A DNA stretch of 42,280 bases from a virus (IMGVR_UViG_3300033067_000119:1-42280); one strand, 5' to 3'. Positions 6,893-17,796 are shown, counted from the stretch's first letter. Notes: generated by a model from the letters alone, not told the origin. Numbers and translations: made by a program.

Positions 6893-7378
6893 TTATTCAA
6901 ATAAGATGTTGACTGAACCAGCATCGAAGGCATCGGTGCCGTTTACAGTGGTGAGACGTAAGCGATCAATGGCCCCAGTCAGCGCAGGACTGACACCAGC
7001 AGCGTGGTAGCCGTTGTTGGTTGAGGAGGCCACACCTGTGAGGGCAGAGTATGCCCAGGTGTTGTTCCCCAAGAGAGTGAGGACAGCCACTGAGTTTACT
7101 GAAGCAGCAGCCGCTGAGGCAGTCGTCAGGGGCATCCCTGAGGTGATCATCCCACCTCCTGTAGCTGTCCATGCCTGGCCGTTGTAGCCAGTGTTGGAGA
7201 CGCTACCAGAGCCGATCTGCAGGAGGAGCGCAGAGGCACCGTTGGTCGATACCCCGTTCAACATCACGGTGATCTTCTTGGCCCACGAGGGGATCGTGAA
7301 GTCCTTGGATGAACCGCTGGTTGTCGCTTGAGATGTCCCTAATGCAGGGGTATTGGCGCGGGAACGTGCATTACTCAT
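6893..7378 (-). CDS. putative tail fibre/tip-associated protein
   Basis: G/S/T/A-rich beta protein after the tailspike, ending GTDAFDAGSVNILFE. Confidence 0.65.
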   Translation of the reverse strand: MSNARSRANTPALGTSQATTSGSSKDFTIPSWAKKITVMLNGVSTNGASALLLQIGSGSVSNTGYNGQAWTATGGGMITSGMPLTTASAAAASVNSVAVLTLLGNNTWAYSALTGVASSTNNGYHAAGVSPALTGAIDRLRLTTVNGTDAFDAGSVNILFE

Positions 7379-7418
7379 ACACCTCCCTGGATACGAGAAG
7401 AATTAACATACCAATTCC

Positions 7419-8858
7419 TTAGATGATGTATGTGAATGAAAGCGTAAACGTATCACCAGATGCCCAAGTAGCTGGACTGTTGAACGTTACCGGACCACTC
7501 GTATCTCTAATCGGTCGGACCCAATTGTTGCCAGCCCCGACAACCTGCACTGGAGCGGTGTAGTATGTCCCTCCACGAGTCATAGCTGCTTGTCCGGCCC
7601 ACTGACTGAAGATGCTGCTTGTCGCGAATGTCGGAAGTGAAAACCGGAGGTCACCCGTTCCAAGGCTTGTGGTACTTCCAAGCGTCAAAGCGATGTTCAC
7701 CGTGACCGTGTTTCCTTTTCTGGAGGCGACACCCGTGAGGGTTCCGTTTCCAAGACTCGGCGCGGTTCCTCCGCTAGTCATCACAGGAGTGTATGTCACG
7801 CTCCAGTAATCTACTAGGTTTCGTCCATTACCACTGTTGTCAATCACTGGAAGGACGTTGTAGCTGTTGCCCTGAATTGCAATATTGTCCGCAGAACTGC
7901 CAGCCGCAATCGTGATCTGTGGTGCGATGTCACAGCCAATGATGGCGTTGTTGTGACCATCAACAATCAAGGATGTTTGGTTTGCAATTCGACAACTTGT
8001 AATCAATACACCTCGTGATTGATTTGTATATATCAGATCACCAAGGAACGAGTTTGTAACGAATGTATCATTACAACCACCGAAATTAAACGCACACTGG
8101 CCACCAGTCTCAATATGGGAGAACTTGCGCGGGACTGCGGAAAGCTGTTGCGTGGAAATGATTTCAAAAGCGCAACGACTAGTTCCCGTACCAGCACTAA
8201 CCCTGTACGCTTCGACATCAATAAATACGCATTGAGAGCCAGCTGCTACTTCAAAATAGGCGCAAGCACTATCGAAATTGATAATCTTGCAGTTTTGTAC
8301 TAGCTGCCTACCGTCGGTCCCAGCGAAATATAGACCGTAGCCACTGTATGTCGCACCCTGTCCTTCTAAGTAAAGTCCCCGCAAAGAAGCTCCATCGCTC
8401 ATGTTGAACATGTTTCCGTTGTAGGAATGAAGAATCTTTGTTGTTCGTTTGTTCTGACCATACAAACTTGTATTGGCAGGAATCGTGATGGCAGAGGTCA
8501 GTTTGTAACCACTAGTCGAAGGCGGAACAAAGACAGCGTAGCTCGCTGCCAATGCTGCATTGAAAGCTGCAGTGTCGTCTGTCGTTCCATCGCCTACTGC
8601 GCCGAAGTCTTTGACGCTGACTACTTCCTTGAGTTTAACATCTACGGTGCGGCTGGTAGCCCCAGTCCCTGACTGCTGGAATGAGATGTTGGAAGACGTA
8701 AGCTGAGACTCCTTTGCAAGAGGGGCACCACCGGCAGTAGTGCCATCGTGTACAACAAGAGTCTTCTTGCTGGTATCAACCGTGACTTCTCCCGAAGCCC
8801 CTGTGAAGGTACTGTGTTGAGCCGTAGTACCACGGCGTAATTTGAGTTGTTTAGACAT
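7419..8858 (-). CDS. tailspike with pectate-lyase-like beta-helix (putative depolymerase)
   Basis: N-terminal LRRGTTAQH...VVHDG anchor, then VSVKDFGAVGDGTTDDTAAF and beta-helix-type repeats. Confidence 0.85.
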   Translation of the reverse strand: MSKQLKLRRGTTAQHSTFTGASGEVTVDTSKKTLVVHDGTTAGGAPLAKESQLTSSNISFQQSGTGATSRTVDVKLKEVVSVKDFGAVGDGTTDDTAAFNAALAASYAVFVPPSTSGYKLTSAITIPANTSLYGQNKRTTKILHSYNGNMFNMSDGASLRGLYLEGQGATYSGYGLYFAGTDGRQLVQNCKIINFDSACAYFEVAAGSQCVFIDVEAYRVSAGTGTSRCAFEIISTQQLSAVPRKFSHIETGGQCAFNFGGCNDTFVTNSFLGDLIYTNQSRGVLITSCRIANQTSLIVDGHNNAIIGCDIAPQITIAAGSSADNIAIQGNSYNVLPVIDNSGNGRNLVDYWSVTYTPVMTSGGTAPSLGNGTLTGVASRKGNTVTVNIALTLGSTTSLGTGDLRFSLPTFATSSIFSQWAGQAAMTRGGTYYTAPVQVVGAGNNWVRPIRDTSGPVTFNSPATWASGDTFTLSFTYII

Positions 8859-10654
8859 TAAGGAAGAACTCCGAGGTCAATATCAGTTAGTTTGTCAACG
8901 GTGACGGTATTATCCACAATGGCCGAACCATTCAGACTTGCAATTGAGAAGCTGCTAAAAGCATAGACCTCTAGTGTGTCACCTGCAGTTGCTCCGGTAG
9001 CCAACACAACGGACGTGCCATTGCTTGCCGTGTAATCGTCTCCACCACCAACGAGGACTGAACCGTTGAGCGTGGTCACGACACCTCCAGCCAGATAGGC
9101 TAAGGTTCGACCGTTGGCGTCCGTACCACTGAAGGTCGTTTGGCCAGCAGTCGCGGTGAACTTGTAGACGGTCAACGCGGCCTGAGCTGACGAGGAGGCA
9201 TCCACCCAGCCTGAGGCTGTGTAGACACGCATCTTCCCTGAGGTCGTATCGAAATATAGGGCACCCACCACGAGGGCGTTGCCGTCATTGTCCAGCGTGG
9301 GAGCTGAAGCCTTAGGACCCAGGTAGCGGTCATCAAAGTTATCCAACAGGGCAGCCGCAGAGGCAGCACTTGCAGCAGCCGAGGTTGCCGAGGTGGCAGC
9401 GTTGGTGGCTGAGGTGGATGCACTAGAGGCGCTTGTGGATGCCGAGGTGGCACTGGACGATGCAGAGCTGGCCGAGGTGGCAGCATTAGTCGCTTGAGTG
9501 GTTGCCGTGGTGGCAGCCGTAGATGCTGTCGAGGCTGAGCTAGAGGCGCTTGTGGCGCTTGAGGCAGCAGCAGTGGCCGAAGTGGCGGCATTGCTAGCAG
9601 ACGTAGACGCAGCAGAGGCTTGGCTTGTGGCCGTACCTGCAGATGTCGAGGCGCTGGTTGCAGAGGAATCGGCAGAGTTCGCAGAGCTGGCCGCATTGGT
9701 AGCTGAGGTCGAGGCGTTAGATGCCGAAGAGGCAGCCTGAGTTGCAGAAGTACCTGCATTGCTGGCAGAGGTAGCAGCCGCAGAGGCACTTCCAGAGGCA
9801 GCACTGGCTTGACCTATGGCTGTGGTTGCTGAGGTTGCAGCAGAGCTTGCTGAGGTAGCCGCTTGGGTAGCCGAAGAGGCGGCAGCGTTCTTTGAGGTGA
9901 GCGCATTGGCCTCTGACGTGGCAGCCGAAGAAGCTGAGCTGGATGCCGAGGAGGCACTTGAAGCAGCAGCCGTGGCTGAAGTAGCGGCATCCGAAGCAGA
10001 CTCACTGGCGTTCTGAATCGCCACAATGTTATCTGCAACAAGCTGAACATCAGTAATATTGTCAGCTACGGCGACAATCCTGCTCGTGCCAGACACAGGG
10101 TTGGTGTCAACAGGGTCTGTAATGGACCCTAAATCTGTGACAGTGCCGGTAACAACACCAAGGTCAGAGCCGACAATTGCAATATCAGATCGTGCTCCAG
10201 CCACTACGGCTACAGCAGGATACTCATAGTCCAGCGTCCCCTTGATGACTGCTTCGTCATCATTGATCGCTGGTGCGAGATGGCCTAGGCGTTTGTCCTG
10301 AGCATTCCAGCGACCTGTAGAGTCAACGCTCATAGTTTCAGCCACAGCATCTGAGGCTTCTTGAGCGATATACAAGTCGAATGTAGCGAGAAGGTCTAGG
10401 TCCCTCTCAAGCAACACAGAGCCATCCGTGAAGTTCACGATGGTTGTGTCTTTAGGTGTTACACGCTTCAGCTCAATAATAGTACCGGCAGCAGGTGTAG
10501 GGCTAATCGTGACGGTGTTGGCGTTCAGGAAAGTGAACACCGCATCCACACCGTTGACTTTGACCTTCACATGGTCCGAACTAATGTATTGAAATGGAAA
10601 GGTGTAACTGGCAGTGGTACCGTTTCCCGTGTACCGAACTAATGAGTACGCCAC
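8858..10654 (-). CDS. tail fibre/adaptor (T7 gp17 N-terminal domain, Ala/Ser/Thr-rich stalk)
   Basis: YTFPFQY..VKV..RVTP..VNFTDGSVL..DL motif, low-complexity stalk, FDDRYLG motif. Confidence 0.9.
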   Translation of the reverse strand: MAYSLVRYTGNGTTASYTFPFQYISSDHVKVKVNGVDAVFTFLNANTVTISPTPAAGTIIELKRVTPKDTTIVNFTDGSVLLERDLDLLATFDLYIAQEASDAVAETMSVDSTGRWNAQDKRLGHLAPAINDDEAVIKGTLDYEYPAVAVVAGARSDIAIVGSDLGVVTGTVTDLGSITDPVDTNPVSGTSRIVAVADNITDVQLVADNIVAIQNASESASDAATSATAAASSASSASSSASSAATSEANALTSKNAAASSATQAATSASSAATSATTAIGQASAASGSASAAATSASNAGTSATQAASSASNASTSATNAASSANSADSSATSASTSAGTATSQASAASTSASNAATSATAAASSATSASSSASTASTAATTATTQATNAATSASSASSSATSASTSASSASTSATNAATSATSAAASAASAAALLDNFDDRYLGPKASAPTLDNDGNALVVGALYFDTTSGKMRVYTASGWVDASSSAQAALTVYKFTATAGQTTFSGTDANGRTLAYLAGGVVTTLNGSVLVGGGDDYTASNGTSVVLATGATAGDTLEVYAFSSFSIASLNGSAIVDNTVTVDKLTDIDLGVLP

Positions 10655-10664
10655 TTAAATCTCC

Positions 10665-10700
10665 AAAAGAATCCCCCCAGGTGTTACCCTGAGGGGGTTT
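10665..10700 (-). terminator. stem-loop or terminator-like element between gp16 and the fibre gene
   Basis: Minus strand AACCCCCTCAGG-GTAACA-CCTGGGGGGATT followed by CTTTT. Confidence 0.5.
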
Positions 10701-10702
10701 GA

Positions 10703-13700
10703 TTATTGCTCTTTCTCCGAGTTCGGATAATCGTTAGCAATCGAATTCAGCAAGGTGCTGATGGGTGCAATGTTATTGAGAGGCAACAACTTGCCCCATG
10801 TACGGATGTCCTGACCTGTAGTCTGATACTCATCCGAGGTTGCATTACGGATTGCTTTCTTGAGAGAGAGCACACCGTTGATGGCCTGGTAGGTTGGGTT
10901 AGACGCGAGGCTTGAGAGATCCGAGGTAGTCCTCATGCCCGAGAACATCGGGTAGGGAGACACAGTGTCGAACAGGCTTGGCAGCAAGGATGCCTGGGAG
11001 ATACGGCCAAACGAGTTGGCTACGATCTGACCAGGTGCGAGACGCTTCTCCAGGTACTCACGCTTCTTCTCTTCGTCCATGCCGATGGAGTTGGTCATGG
11101 TCCTGCCCATGTAGGACAGGGAGGCCAGGAACGACCCATGGAGGACCGTGGACATGGTGGTCCAGTCACGATGGTTCGCAGCGAACATCAGAGACTTGTT
11201 CCAACCGTGCATCGAGAAGTTCATGAACTGGAAGACGGTCTTGCCCAGGGTGGAACCCATCACTGGGATCATCGAGGCGAGATCATTCTCCTGGATCACA
11301 CGGCGTGATTCACGGTGGATCGCATTCATGAAGGCCGAGTGAGCCTCTGGATCTTCCTTCACCCATCGATCGAGATCGAGCTTGAAGGTCTCCGAGAACT
11401 GACCCTTGGTCGGCTTCGAGTACGTCTTGAGGTTCTCCATCACACGGGCCGTCATGGCTTCGTCAAGACCCATCCATGCCATGCGATCCTTCGTGAGGAA
11501 CGTCGAGGGTTTCCCCATCGCTGTGTTCACGAAGTGATTCACCAGGGCAACCGCGTGGACACGCTTTTGCTGGATCATGAGAGGTGTCATGCCGGTATAA
11601 TCAAGCACGGCCTTGGAACCCTTACGCATCCCTGTATCGACGTTGTCGAGCCAGCGATTCATCTTGGTATCCCCGAGGTTGCGTACCCAGTCGTCCTTGG
11701 CACCGAACTCCATGCGAGCCACGTACTCAGATCCGACACCGCCAATGGTGTTCTCTAGGTGCTCCAAGAGATCATTGGGTGCCTTGCCGGTAGCGAGGTC
11801 ACGGGTGAGGGAGCGCAGCTCTGGGATTGCTCTCAGAGTTGTCTTCCAGCCCATCGAGCCAACGATCTGGCCCATCTCGGTAGCCTGGTTCCACACAGCT
11901 CCACCCATGAGGCGGATCACGTTGAACGAGCGCCACATCTCCATGGACTTGTTGAGCTTCGAGAACTCCTCCTGAGGGAGGCCCTGGATTCGATCAAAGG
12001 CGAACTTGAGATCGGTACGCATACGGTCAACCTCAGCACGGGTCTTGAACTCGTTGCCGAGCTTGTTCTCCGTGGCATTGGCGATCAGCGCATCGATGTC
12101 ACCCACCTTGTAGACATCCAGGTTCTTGGCCATGGCCACACTACCGGCTGTCCTACGGAGGTAGGGTTCCACAATGTCGAAGGCGTTGGTGTGAACGAAG
12201 TTGTTCAGACCCACCTCCACCTTGGTGCCATCCTTCATGGTCCACGTTTCCGTGAACTTCTCATCGATGGTGTTGCGGTGCTTCAGGCTGGCCATTGTGC
12301 GGCCAGTGTCCGTAGCCTTGGTGGGGAACATATCGTCCATCACCTTCATAGCTTCGGCTTCTGAGTAGCCACCGTTCTGAATCAAGGAGTGCTTGAGGGC
12401 TTCCTTGTCCTGACCACGGAGTAGGTTGTCCAAGAGATCCTGTGTGCGGTTAGCGTGAGCTTCCTCGACAGTGCGGACGTACCACTTAGCGAAGCGAGCT
12501 GCCTGGGCATCAGAGACCCCTTCCCTTCCTGCTTGATGTGCTCGTGCCCACCAGCCCTCTACGGCATCACGGCCATAGGTTTGGACCAGGGAGTTCCACT
12601 TGTTCACATCGTGCTTGCGAGGGAGGTAGTTGGGGTTCTTGTCCAAGCCACCTTCTAGAGTGACCATGCCAGTTTCTGGATCACGGACCTCTGTCATGGT
12701 CAGGCCACGCTTGGAGCCACCTTCATCCAGGAGCGGGTTGTTGATGTAGTCCACCACCTTGGCCAGCGTCTTACGCATAGCCTCACCGGCCTTCTGGACC
12801 TGTGGGGTGTACTCCTTGTCAACACCGCGGATGTAGTCAGAGACATCCGTACCGAACTCCTCGAAGGCCTTACCCTTCTCGTGCCACTTGCGACCAGACT
12901 GTTTGAACCAGTCCTCAAACTGAGGATAGGTCCCCTTACGCATCTCTACGGCCCAGCCTTCAGCCCACTTGGTGGTGTCATCCCAGGCATTGGCACGAAC
13001 CACAGCGTGATCCTTGTAGCCGATGGTTGTACCGAAGAGCTTGGAGGCCAAGCCACGGACAGCCTGAGGGACCTTGGTTCCACCTAAGCGGTTTTCGAGG
13101 CCCAATCCCCACCCGAAGACGGGAGAGATCTCAGCACGGGATGCAGCGATAGCGACATCCTCACCCACAGCCTCAGAGGCGGGGGCAAAGTGGATCGTCT
13201 CCACACCCATCTTGGGACCACGGTCCATGTTCACTGTGAGCTTCTCATCGACCAATCGGTTGGTCAGATCGAGGGCATCCAGGAGAGCATTGGTTTCCTT
13301 CTCGCCCATCCCCAAGAGTTTCCTGAAGATGTCAACAATAGCGGATAGGTAAGTTTTACCTGACTCGGTTTTGATCGAGGACAGGAAATCGTGGAAGGCC
13401 TTAGCCCCATCACGCTCACCTGAGTAGATCCCTGCGGTGAACTCCTTCAGGTTGGCCAGCTTATCGCGGCCACCAGTGTGCTCCAGATAGTAGGACTTGA
13501 AGCCCTTCTTGCGAGCTTCAGCAGCCACCTGGTCAAAGAGTGTCTCTAGCTGGGTGACGAGCTGACCATGGGCTGTGTTGCGATTGGCAAAGCCATAGTC
13601 GATCTTGTGGACCGTAGCTCCATGCAGCAGCTCATGCAGGATCAAGCCATCAGAGGCGTTATCTGGGAAGAAGGCAGCATGGCGGGTGGAGTCATAGAAG

Positions 13701-15472
13701 CCACCATATCGACCAGGCTTGCCACCAAAGGTCGTATCGATGTCCTTCTGACGCACACGGAAGACCGGCACATCAGTGATGAGTTGATCCTTCAGCACCT
13801 TCGCGAGGACAGCCACACGTTGATCCGTGGAGGACGCTAGGCGTTCCACCAGATCCTTACCTGACTCCTGCTTCGCAAAGCGGACGAGGCCTTGGTAGTT
13901 CTTGTCCACACGGAGACGGTTGACGGTGTTCTCTAGGTCAGCACGAGTCGTGATCCCTACAGCTTCATAGTCAGTCTTGGCGACACCATTAGCCTTGACG
14001 GACTTGATGCGATCATCCTTGGTGAACTCGAAGTGGTCTTTGACCCAATCATTGAATGCCCAGTTCTTATCGTCAGCAGCAGAACGGAAGAGGTGGTTGC
14101 GAACAGTGTTCTCAGCACCATGGTCACGTTGATCAATACGGCCACGATCAAAGGGAGGAACAGTCTTGTTCTCCTCGATGATGGTGTTCTTGATCTGGCT
14201 GTCCTTGACATCGTCAAAGCCAAACTCATCGCGAACCTTCTTGATCTGCTCATCAGTCTTCACACGGACTTCATCGGATGCCTTCTTGACGTACTCGTCC
14301 ACGTTGAAGAGCTTCTTGCCCTCATCGGTGAGGTTAAGATCAAACTTCTTGAACTCCTCGACCTGTGCTCGCTTGCTCTCACGCAGACCAAATTCACGGA
14401 GCTGCTTCATCTCATTGGCCAGAGCGACACGCTCCAGGCTGACTGCAGCACCACCGACAGCACCTAGTCCCAAGCCCATGAGGCCAGAGATGTAGAGGTC
14501 GTCATAGGTACCGAGGGGACGGTTACCCATGGTGGCAGCATCGAAGGCGATGTTGGAGCCAGCACCCACGAGACCCATGCGGATCGCGTTGGTGATACGA
14601 GAGGTAGCTGTGAGCATCCCCTCCCCGCCTGCACCAGGCACGAAGGCCAGGAGCGTAGGAAGGTCAGCGAGGCCACCTACGAGGCGACCGGTGAAACCAG
14701 CCACACCCATCTTGGCCAGCTCCTGCTCTTTCTGCAGTGAGTCCATGGTACGGGCACGGCGATCCTCAGCTTCCTTGGCTGACTTAGCCTGGAGCACATA
14801 CTCCCAGTGGTTCTGAGGGATACCGTCAAGCATCTGCTTGCCCAGGTCCTCAGTCCATTGGAAGTTGGGATCTGTTTGGGAGATCGCCTGTTGCTGGAAG
14901 AAGTTGTAGACCGAGTTGTCCAGCTTGAAGCCGGTAGCTACAGCACTGGGCAGGTTGGCCACGTTGTTGACGAAGCCACCGTACTCAGCATCCTGCTGCT
15001 GCTCTAGCTTGTAGAGTTCACTGGCAGAGGGGCTTACGCCACCTCCACCGAATGAGCTGGATGTGAACTGACCAGACAGTGCTCCAGGCTTGCGGCCATA
15101 GAACTTGTCCAGATAGTCACGGGTCTCATCAAAGGGGTTACCCTTAGACAATGCAGCGACAGCTCTAGGACCACCGTTGTAGTCAGCCAGAGACAGGTCC
15201 ATGTTGCCATTGAACTTTTTGAGGTTGTCTCGCATGTACCGACCAGCGGCATCTGCGGCTTCCTCGAAGTTGTTCGGGTCCTTCAGACCATAGGCTTTGG
15301 CCGTATCCGGCATGAACTGGAAGTAGCCACTTGCACCAGCCTTACTTACTTGACCACTTTGAAAGGAGGACTCGATGCCTCCCATCTTGTAGAGAGTACC
15401 TGAGGGGAGTCCGTATGCCTGTTCCTTTGCAGTGGTAATGGCTCTTGCTTTTTCAAGATCAATATCCGCCAT
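10703..15472 (-). CDS. internal virion protein D (gp16-like) with N-terminal lytic transglycosylase
   Basis: IESS, GYFQFMPDTA and DYNGGP SLT motifs; size and synteny. Confidence 0.88.
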   Translation of the reverse strand: MADIDLEKARAITTAKEQAYGLPSGTLYKMGGIESSFQSGQVSKAGASGYFQFMPDTAKAYGLKDPNNFEEAADAAGRYMRDNLKKFNGNMDLSLADYNGGPRAVAALSKGNPFDETRDYLDKFYGRKPGALSGQFTSSSFGGGGVSPSASELYKLEQQQDAEYGGFVNNVANLPSAVATGFKLDNSVYNFFQQQAISQTDPNFQWTEDLGKQMLDGIPQNHWEYVLQAKSAKEAEDRRARTMDSLQKEQELAKMGVAGFTGRLVGGLADLPTLLAFVPGAGGEGMLTATSRITNAIRMGLVGAGSNIAFDAATMGNRPLGTYDDLYISGLMGLGLGAVGGAAVSLERVALANEMKQLREFGLRESKRAQVEEFKKFDLNLTDEGKKLFNVDEYVKKASDEVRVKTDEQIKKVRDEFGFDDVKDSQIKNTIIEENKTVPPFDRGRIDQRDHGAENTVRNHLFRSAADDKNWAFNDWVKDHFEFTKDDRIKSVKANGVAKTDYEAVGITTRADLENTVNRLRVDKNYQGLVRFAKQESGKDLVERLASSTDQRVAVLAKVLKDQLITDVPVFRVRQKDIDTTFGGKPGRYGGFYDSTRHAAFFPDNASDGLILHELLHGATVHKIDYGFANRNTAHGQLVTQLETLFDQVAAEARKKGFKSYYLEHTGGRDKLANLKEFTAGIYSGERDGAKAFHDFLSSIKTESGKTYLSAIVDIFRKLLGMGEKETNALLDALDLTNRLVDEKLTVNMDRGPKMGVETIHFAPASEAVGEDVAIAASRAEISPVFGWGLGLENRLGGTKVPQAVRGLASKLFGTTIGYKDHAVVRANAWDDTTKWAEGWAVEMRKGTYPQFEDWFKQSGRKWHEKGKAFEEFGTDVSDYIRGVDKEYTPQVQKAGEAMRKTLAKVVDYINNPLLDEGGSKRGLTMTEVRDPETGMVTLEGGLDKNPNYLPRKHDVNKWNSLVQTYGRDAVEGWWARAHQAGREGVSDAQAARFAKWYVRTVEEAHANRTQDLLDNLLRGQDKEALKHSLIQNGGYSEAEAMKVMDDMFPTKATDTGRTMASLKHRNTIDEKFTETWTMKDGTKVEVGLNNFVHTNAFDIVEPYLRRTAGSVAMAKNLDVYKVGDIDALIANATENKLGNEFKTRAEVDRMRTDLKFAFDRIQGLPQEEFSKLNKSMEMWRSFNVIRLMGGAVWNQATEMGQIVGSMGWKTTLRAIPELRSLTRDLATGKAPNDLLEHLENTIGGVGSEYVARMEFGAKDDWVRNLGDTKMNRWLDNVDTGMRKGSKAVLDYTGMTPLMIQQKRVHAVALVNHFVNTAMGKPSTFLTKDRMAWMGLDEAMTARVMENLKTYSKPTKGQFSETFKLDLDRWVKEDPEAHSAFMNAIHRESRRVIQENDLASMIPVMGSTLGKTVFQFMNFSMHGWNKSLMFAANHRDWTTMSTVLHGSFLASLSYMGRTMTNSIGMDEEKKREYLEKRLAPGQIVANSFGRISQASLLPSLFDTVSPYPMFSGMRTTSDLSSLASNPTYQAINGVLSLKKAIRNATSDEYQTTGQDIRTWGKLLPLNNIAPISTLLNSIANDYPNSEKEQ

Positions 15473-17796
15473 TACTTACCTTTCTTTTTGAGAATATCTG
15501 TTAGCTCTGAAACAGGACGATCCAATACGCCTTGCTGTTTAAAGTACTCGTAGGCACCCTTAGATGTCATGTAGGTCAATGCTGCGGATGTTCCGTAGGG
15601 CTGAGGGTTCTTCTCAGCGTACTCACGGACTACTCGCTTGCCCCAGCTCTCGTAATCGACAGCCGCTTGACGTTCACGAACCTTCTGGTTGCGCTCATTG
15701 GTGATGGTTGTTCCGATCCACTCACCGACCTGATCCTTGGTATATGTCTGCACAACACCATTGGAATCAGTCAGAGGAACCCCAGCGATCCATGCGTTGT
15801 AGCCACCAGCCTGGTTGGCTTCGAGACGGATGCGGGAGCCTTCCAGCTTCTGGTCACTAGCAATCTTGCCAGGGACTTCCTTGATGAAACGACCGAACCA
15901 TTCACCCTGGTCCTGACCATCAGGTACCTGAGGAAGATCCTTGCGGAAGTAGATGGTGTTGTTAATCTTTGCGGTCACCGCGGGGTTCGCGAAGTACTCC
16001 ACAGAGGCTCGCACGGCAGCCTTGGCATCAGAGACCTGGCCAGACTGGACGAGGAGTTCTGCACGGCGGCGAACGTCAGCGCCGATGGCAGTGAGGTTCA
16101 CCTCTTCGTTGCCTCCGAAGAGACCCTTCACCCATCCTACGGACGAGCTGAACATGCCTGGGTTGACGATGTCGTCCACCGCAGACTTGACCTGGTCACG
16201 CTTGATCGCAGCATCCTGACCTTCGATGCCTCGACGGTTCACCTGGTTCACGAATGAAGCAGCATCGTTGAGGTTGGGCATACCGCCCTTCTCCATCATG
16301 AACTTGATGTCTGAGAGGAGACGCTGGTTCTCTTTGGAACCGGCATACTTGTCCGCCTCAGCAGGGTTCACCTGGGAGATGTCGAGGTAGGTTTGGATGG
16401 CAGCCTGGCCGGACTGGTTGAGCTGACCAATGTTCTTGCCGTCATAGCTCCAGCCCACGGATGCGAGGTTGGAGACACCGGCCTGGACAATGGACTTCCA
16501 CTGAGGGTTCTCGACACCGTTGGTGGTGTAGAGTTGGACCTGGTGGGGGAAGTCGAGCTTCTTGTCCTGGATCTGTGACTCGATGGCGCGGGTAACACCC
16601 TTGTCGAAATCGAAGTCCTCAGATTGACCTGTGGTTGGACTGACAACCTTGAGCTTGCCCTTGTAGGCAAAGGCGCTACCACTGGCCACGGCAGCGTCAA
16701 TCGCTTGCTGAGCCTCAGACTGGGTTTTCTCAGCAGCAGCCAGGAGCTTGGCACGATCAGCTTCTCGCTGGGCTTTCTCCAGGGCTGCCTCTTGGCTGTT
16801 CTTCACAGCCTCGATCGTGGAGGTGGAAAGGAAGCGTTCGTTCTTACCAATGAAGGCATCGAATGCCTTGGGGTCCAGCTCACCCTTACGGGCTGACTCC
16901 ACGAATGGACGGATCTCAACGTCAACACGCTGACGCTCATTCTTGTCCTGCATGACTACGCCATGCTGCTGGTAGGACATGAGGGCCTTGCCACCCAGGA
17001 CACCACCAACAGTCACACCGTTGTCAAGCTTGGACTTGGCCAGCTCATCGATCAGCTCGGTGTTGCCACTGGCAGCCAACTGGGCGAACAGGTTGCTGAG
17101 GGCTTCCTTGCCCTGCTCATCCTTCAGGAGAGAGGTCTTGCGGAGGAGCTGGTAACGCTGAGCAATGGCTGCTGCAGCTTCACCGGCAGGCTTGCCACGG
17201 TTCTCTTCCAGGATGGTCGAGAGGTTATCGTTGGCTTCCTGAGTACCACGAGCCACGAACTGGCCGTCTAGGACACGGGTGTTAGCCGCTGAGAGGTTCT
17301 CACGGAACTGTGTGTACTTCTTGTCGAAGCCTGCAATCGTGTACTGGCTCTGGCCAGAGAGTACCTTGTCACGATGCTCAGTGATGTACTTGTCCAGTTC
17401 CTGTTGGGAGCCGAACTTCAGTTCACCACGGTCCATCTTGGACAGGGTATCTCGCTCAAATCCTGCAATGCTGTTCTCACCATAGATGTGCTGAACAGTG
17501 GCCGCATAGATCGGAGACTGGGACTGAAGGATCTTGCCTTCTTTGATCTGCTTGCCCAGCTCGTCAACGGTCATGGAGTTGGCATAGGCGGTAGCCTTGT
17601 CCTGCTCGCTTGCATTGACTCGCTGAGTGATCTGATCGAGGCCCTGCTGGACGCTCTGAGACCCCAGGGCCGCAGCCAACTGGTAAGCCTTAGAAGCGCC
17701 AGGATCGTTTCGAGCCTGCTCAGTATGAATGTTTGGAGCCGCAATAGTTTGCAGTGCCTCAGCACGGGGGTCATAACCCACTTGAACTCGTGGCAT
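15472..17796 (-). CDS. internal virion protein C (gp15-like)
   Basis: 774-aa helical protein; synteny. Confidence 0.75.
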   Translation of the reverse strand: MPRVQVGYDPRAEALQTIAAPNIHTEQARNDPGASKAYQLAAALGSQSVQQGLDQITQRVNASEQDKATAYANSMTVDELGKQIKEGKILQSQSPIYAATVQHIYGENSIAGFERDTLSKMDRGELKFGSQQELDKYITEHRDKVLSGQSQYTIAGFDKKYTQFRENLSAANTRVLDGQFVARGTQEANDNLSTILEENRGKPAGEAAAAIAQRYQLLRKTSLLKDEQGKEALSNLFAQLAASGNTELIDELAKSKLDNGVTVGGVLGGKALMSYQQHGVVMQDKNERQRVDVEIRPFVESARKGELDPKAFDAFIGKNERFLSTSTIEAVKNSQEAALEKAQREADRAKLLAAAEKTQSEAQQAIDAAVASGSAFAYKGKLKVVSPTTGQSEDFDFDKGVTRAIESQIQDKKLDFPHQVQLYTTNGVENPQWKSIVQAGVSNLASVGWSYDGKNIGQLNQSGQAAIQTYLDISQVNPAEADKYAGSKENQRLLSDIKFMMEKGGMPNLNDAASFVNQVNRRGIEGQDAAIKRDQVKSAVDDIVNPGMFSSSVGWVKGLFGGNEEVNLTAIGADVRRRAELLVQSGQVSDAKAAVRASVEYFANPAVTAKINNTIYFRKDLPQVPDGQDQGEWFGRFIKEVPGKIASDQKLEGSRIRLEANQAGGYNAWIAGVPLTDSNGVVQTYTKDQVGEWIGTTITNERNQKVRERQAAVDYESWGKRVVREYAEKNPQPYGTSAALTYMTSKGAYEYFKQQGVLDRPVSELTDILKKKGK

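Noticed and set aside
9172-10050. Alternative-frame ORFs and apparent repeats in the tail fibre
   Set aside because: By-product of the Ala/Ser/Thr low-complexity stalk. There are no fixed-length repeats with unique spacers, so it is not a CRISPR or DGR array.
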